This document shows positions 60,401-64,000 of a stretch of DNA of 64,000 bases, in pieces. Every line of letters begins with the position of its first letter. Position 1 is the first letter of the stretch. This DNA comes from Azolla caroliniana (lineage: Eukaryota > Plantae > Polypodiophyta): NCBI GenBank assembly GCA_043228905.1, contig JBHGNT010000003.1, forward strand, positions 25,544,001 to 25,608,000. Direction: 5' to 3'. The translations under genes were made by a program, and so were the position numbers. The notes beneath the pieces were generated by a model. That model was not told the origin of the DNA and ran no database searches. It saw only the letters and a program-made list of their open reading frames with translations.

Positions 60401-63400
60401 TTGGGAAGGAGACACCATCAAGATAACTTTTGTACTTAGGTCCTATGGGTCAATATTTGCCTCTCTCTCTCTCTGTCTCTCTCTCTCATCGAGAGTCGCT
60501 AGTCACTTTTACATGTATCACATGAAATATAATATTTTTGGTCTCATAGCTCATCTTTGACCTCCGAAGATGATATCTATCCATCTATCTCTCTATACAA
60601 TGGAGTAGTAACGCCCTTCTTAGGAAGGAGTCACAGACATAAAATACATATGCATAAAATACATCCATGCAACATAGCAAACACCTACAATGTATTATGT
60701 GTATGTGTAACCACCCATAAAATACATATGCATGTATGAAGGTCACTGCATAGTTTAGGGCTGGTATTAACACCATTATCTGTAGCAGTACATAAAGAGA
60801 CCAGATATCCTGCAGAAGGAATAGACTTTGAATTGATATTTTTATTTTGTATCTATAGAGAATGCAATAACTTATAATGTCTCCCCAGAGTTTATGATAA
60901 GCTTTTTAAGTATCCAAGCTTTTGTCTGAATAAAATTGAATGACAATGGAAAGAAATATACTCGCATCATTGTAAATCCTCTTTCCTACAATATCACAGA
61001 GTTTCTGCCTATCTACTCTCTGCGGTTAGTAATTCTGAGCATTTACCATATTGTCCATCTGTTTTTGTGTCCTTTGCTTGGAAGTTTACGAATCCTTTTC
61101 TTTTTAACCTAGACTACATATGGAACGATCTAGAAGCTCACCTCTATGTGGTTAACACTTCTGAACATTCACAATATTGTCTATCCATTTCGTGCTTCCT
61201 TTGCATGGAAGTTTAAAAAAGCTTTCCTTTTCAGCGTAGACTACGTTTACTCTATTATCTCTAAATTTTCACACAACATTAAAAACATGTATCAGACTAC
61301 TTTAAATAAGTCTTAACATACCTTATCCAAATCACGTATGACATTCATAGCACCGTCTGGATCAACTAGTGCACGCACAACAGGACTTGTGGCCAATGCA
61401 ACAGCATTAAATGCTTTGTCAACTGTCTGAAAAGTAGCCAAGATTTATATAGAGCACATATTAAATGAGCCCAAATTCCAAGCAGCATGAGAACTTAATG
61501 AAATCATCACAATAGTTTTGCAGAATTTCCTCACAGATAGCTGATTTGTTGTCAAAAAAGCTTTGATGCCATGCAAAGGTGCTCCAGTGAAGAATCGAAA
61601 ATCAAGCTCTGTGAAAATCAAGCTCTGTTGAAAAATAATCCATGTAAAAATCTAAAGCCATCCTTCAGCAAAAGCTTATATTCAAGATTAGATGGGGCCA
61701 ACTCACCACCAATATCTCCACCTTTGTTAACAAAAGTATGTACATGATCCTTGATCAGGAGATTATTATCTGCCCCAACCTAGAAATGGATATCATATTT
61801 CGTTTGTAAATATTTCAGGAGTTCATGTCTAGAAAAGAATGTAACAAAACAAAAGCGATGTTTTGTAAAGACCTTAGACATAAGCCGGAACAGATTATTG
61901 TAGCATCCAAAAAAGACATGTAGCCCCATCTCAATATGATTTCCATCTTTGTCAACAAAAGAACCAACTTTTCCACCAATAAAAGATCTTGAATCGTAGA
62001 TGTCAACCTGTAAATATAGCATCATAACTGTAAACCTACTTCCCATGATCAATTCACAATAAATTGACAACATATGTGGTACATTTTCATAGTTTCCATA
62101 GTATCAGCACAAAAAATGGGAAAATCGACCAGGTATTAAGACCACTAAACTCATGCCCTTGAACCACTAAAAACATCTCCTGCTATATTATTAAAGAATT
62201 TATGGTCCAGCGGTCTTCATCCAGATTATAAACTTTCTACTAAATGCCCACACATTTGGAGTATTTTCTCTAAATGTGCTATTATTTCATTGATGAAAAC
62301 GGGAATGTGGATAAATGAGTTCATAAAGTTTGCCCAACACCACTAGCTGTTTTGGTCAGATCACTTGGTACTAGGATAACTAACCTCAAGCCCACCCTTG
62401 TGTCAAAAATTTACATAATGCTTATGGAATTCCAGCATTTTCTCATAATTCCCTATTATTTAGGCATGAAAAGAACTATTAACAATAAATTGATATTAGT
62501 AAATAAAATCTTTTGGGACCAATTTCATGCAGGACAAGAGTCTAGGTAAATGCCCTTATTGATGGCTTGACTAACATCATGCCCAGGAAACGAATTTCAC
62601 ATAACGTTTTGGTATTTCTCATAATTTCATTGATGAAATAAGGAAACTGGGTCTGATCAGTGAAGAAATGTTTCCCCAAATACCGTTGTCTTGATCAGAC
62701 GATTTTGTTAATAAAGTAACTCGCCTTGTGCCCTCCAAAATACAAATTTTCTATTTAACTCTTATAGACTTCATACATGAAAACATGAACCTCTCTTGAT
62801 AAGTGAATAAACTTTAGCCTGGAAACTCTAGCTATGCTGTTTGCCTTGATGAGGTCATCGTTGATAAGATTACTAACCCCATGCCCCACATATTTGGGGT
62901 GTTTTCTCACAATTTGCTAATATTTTAACATGCACGAGAAAAAGGAAGTTCGTTGTTGAAGTAAGAAAACTAACCTCATGCCCTTGATCCAAAAGCTCAA
63001 CAGCTGTGGACATACCAGCCAGACCAGCTCCGATTATAGCAACTTTCAACTTAGGTCCATTGTATTTTTCGGGCTCCGGTGGAAAAAGGCCTTTCGGAGC
63101 TGATAATAAAAGTAAAGAAATCATATATGCTTTTAATGTCACACACAAATCAGTATCTTTCTCCTTAAGACAACATATAAAAATTGTTCATGCATCTTGT
63201 TTCTACACTGAATGTCACGGATATATACATATTAGCATTCTTCTGTGATAATACAAAAAAGGGCAGAATTGTACATAAATCTACCAGTTTCGATTATATC
63301 TTTGTCATGAATTACATATCTTACCTATATAATTTATTTCCTATAAGACAAAATCTAATCTTACATATATAATTTAAGTTTGCACATAGAACCTTACATC

Positions 63401-63867
63401 GCACAAGACACATGCAACGTTATCTTGCAAAACCTTAGATTACAATTACAATAGAATCTAACTCAACGTGTACAGCCATATGTTGCACAACAGAATCTTT
63501 CACGAAGAAAATCTTTTTGAATGGAATTTTTAAACAGCATAACCTTTATAATGTTTTTGAATACAGGAAGATGCTTACATTACGCATGGAGGAATAGTTC
63601 AGGATCCTCACCTTTTCTGCTCATATCAGAGACTTTGGTTTTCAAAGCGCTCCCCCAAGTAGGCAACACTCCGTTCCTTCTTCTCTCATGACATTTGACT
63701 TCCTGCCGGTGATGAGGATGTGCAGAGAACAGGAGATGGCTTGTATGATGACTCCACAGACTACACGTTCTGCTACTGGGGAGACAGGGCGTGCTGTAGA
63801 GGAAGGGAGAGGTTGCGGAAGAAGAAGAAGGAGGAGAAGAAGAAGAAATGGGCGGTGCCATCGCCAT
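57464..63867 (-). CDS. ZDS: Zeta-carotene desaturase, chloroplastic (about 598 aa)
   Basis: Thirteen exons: 63867-63612, 63099-62975, 62007-61873, 61779-61707, 61608-61535, 61426-61322, 60256-60012, 59924-59837, 59661-59619, 59535-59250, 59159-59087, 58329-58165 and 57592-57464. Motifs [64 protein letters not shown] and [13 protein letters not shown]. Confidence 0.97.
58420..58705. repeat. Degenerate ~80-90-bp tandem repeat (about 3.5 units) in ZDS intron 11
   Basis: Recurring cacaatatggatg.ctagcttcccttgca.actct...ttcattattacttgg.ctattagct. Confidence 0.75.
58732..59105. repeat. Three ~124-bp tandem copies spanning the ZDS exon 11 / intron 11 junction
   Basis: The unit gtcatttctaattaatac...aaccaaacaagtacctgttgcttcac starts at about 58732, 58858 and 58981. 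Confidence 0.92.
60487..60638. repeat. Second copy of the dispersed intronic repeat (in ZDS intron 6)
   Basis: Matches 10379-10540. Confidence 0.85.
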
Positions 63868-64000
63868 CAAAGGTGAAGAAAGAACCGATCAAGGAAAGAG
63901 GTCTGTCTAGTCCGCCTTCCCCTCCCTTCACGATTAGATAATGTCTGGACTCTTCTTCATTGAATTATATTGTCTAACAAATTTATTGATTTATTGATTT

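Overview
Eukaryotic, AT-rich, intron-containing nuclear DNA of a land plant. The divergent proteins and gene content suggest a non-seed plant such as a fern (inference only). I assembled eight spliced or intronless protein-coding genes by hand from splice signals and reading-frame phase: a class I (RPD3/HDA19-like) histone deacetylase that runs off the left edge, an organellar uL18-like protein, a DEAD-box helicase (RH58-like), a papain-family cysteine protease ending in HTEL, an uncharacterised 7-exon membrane protein with an HNH/beta-beta-alpha-Me-like Cys/His domain that is nearly invisible in the ORF track, a STELLO-like glycosyltransferase, a calmodulin-like protein with a very long linker, and zeta-carotene desaturase. 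Mobile DNA includes a 7.1-kb three-LTR Ty1/copia composite with a TTTGA target-site duplication, two LINE 3' ends, a tRNA-derived SINE at the STELLO stop codon, a Mutator-like MITE and degraded retroelement remnants. Many local tandem duplications are present, two of which copy ZDS splice sites. The best novelty candidate is the membrane-anchored HNH-like gene at 37945-41386. No database searches were run; family calls rest on recalled motifs.
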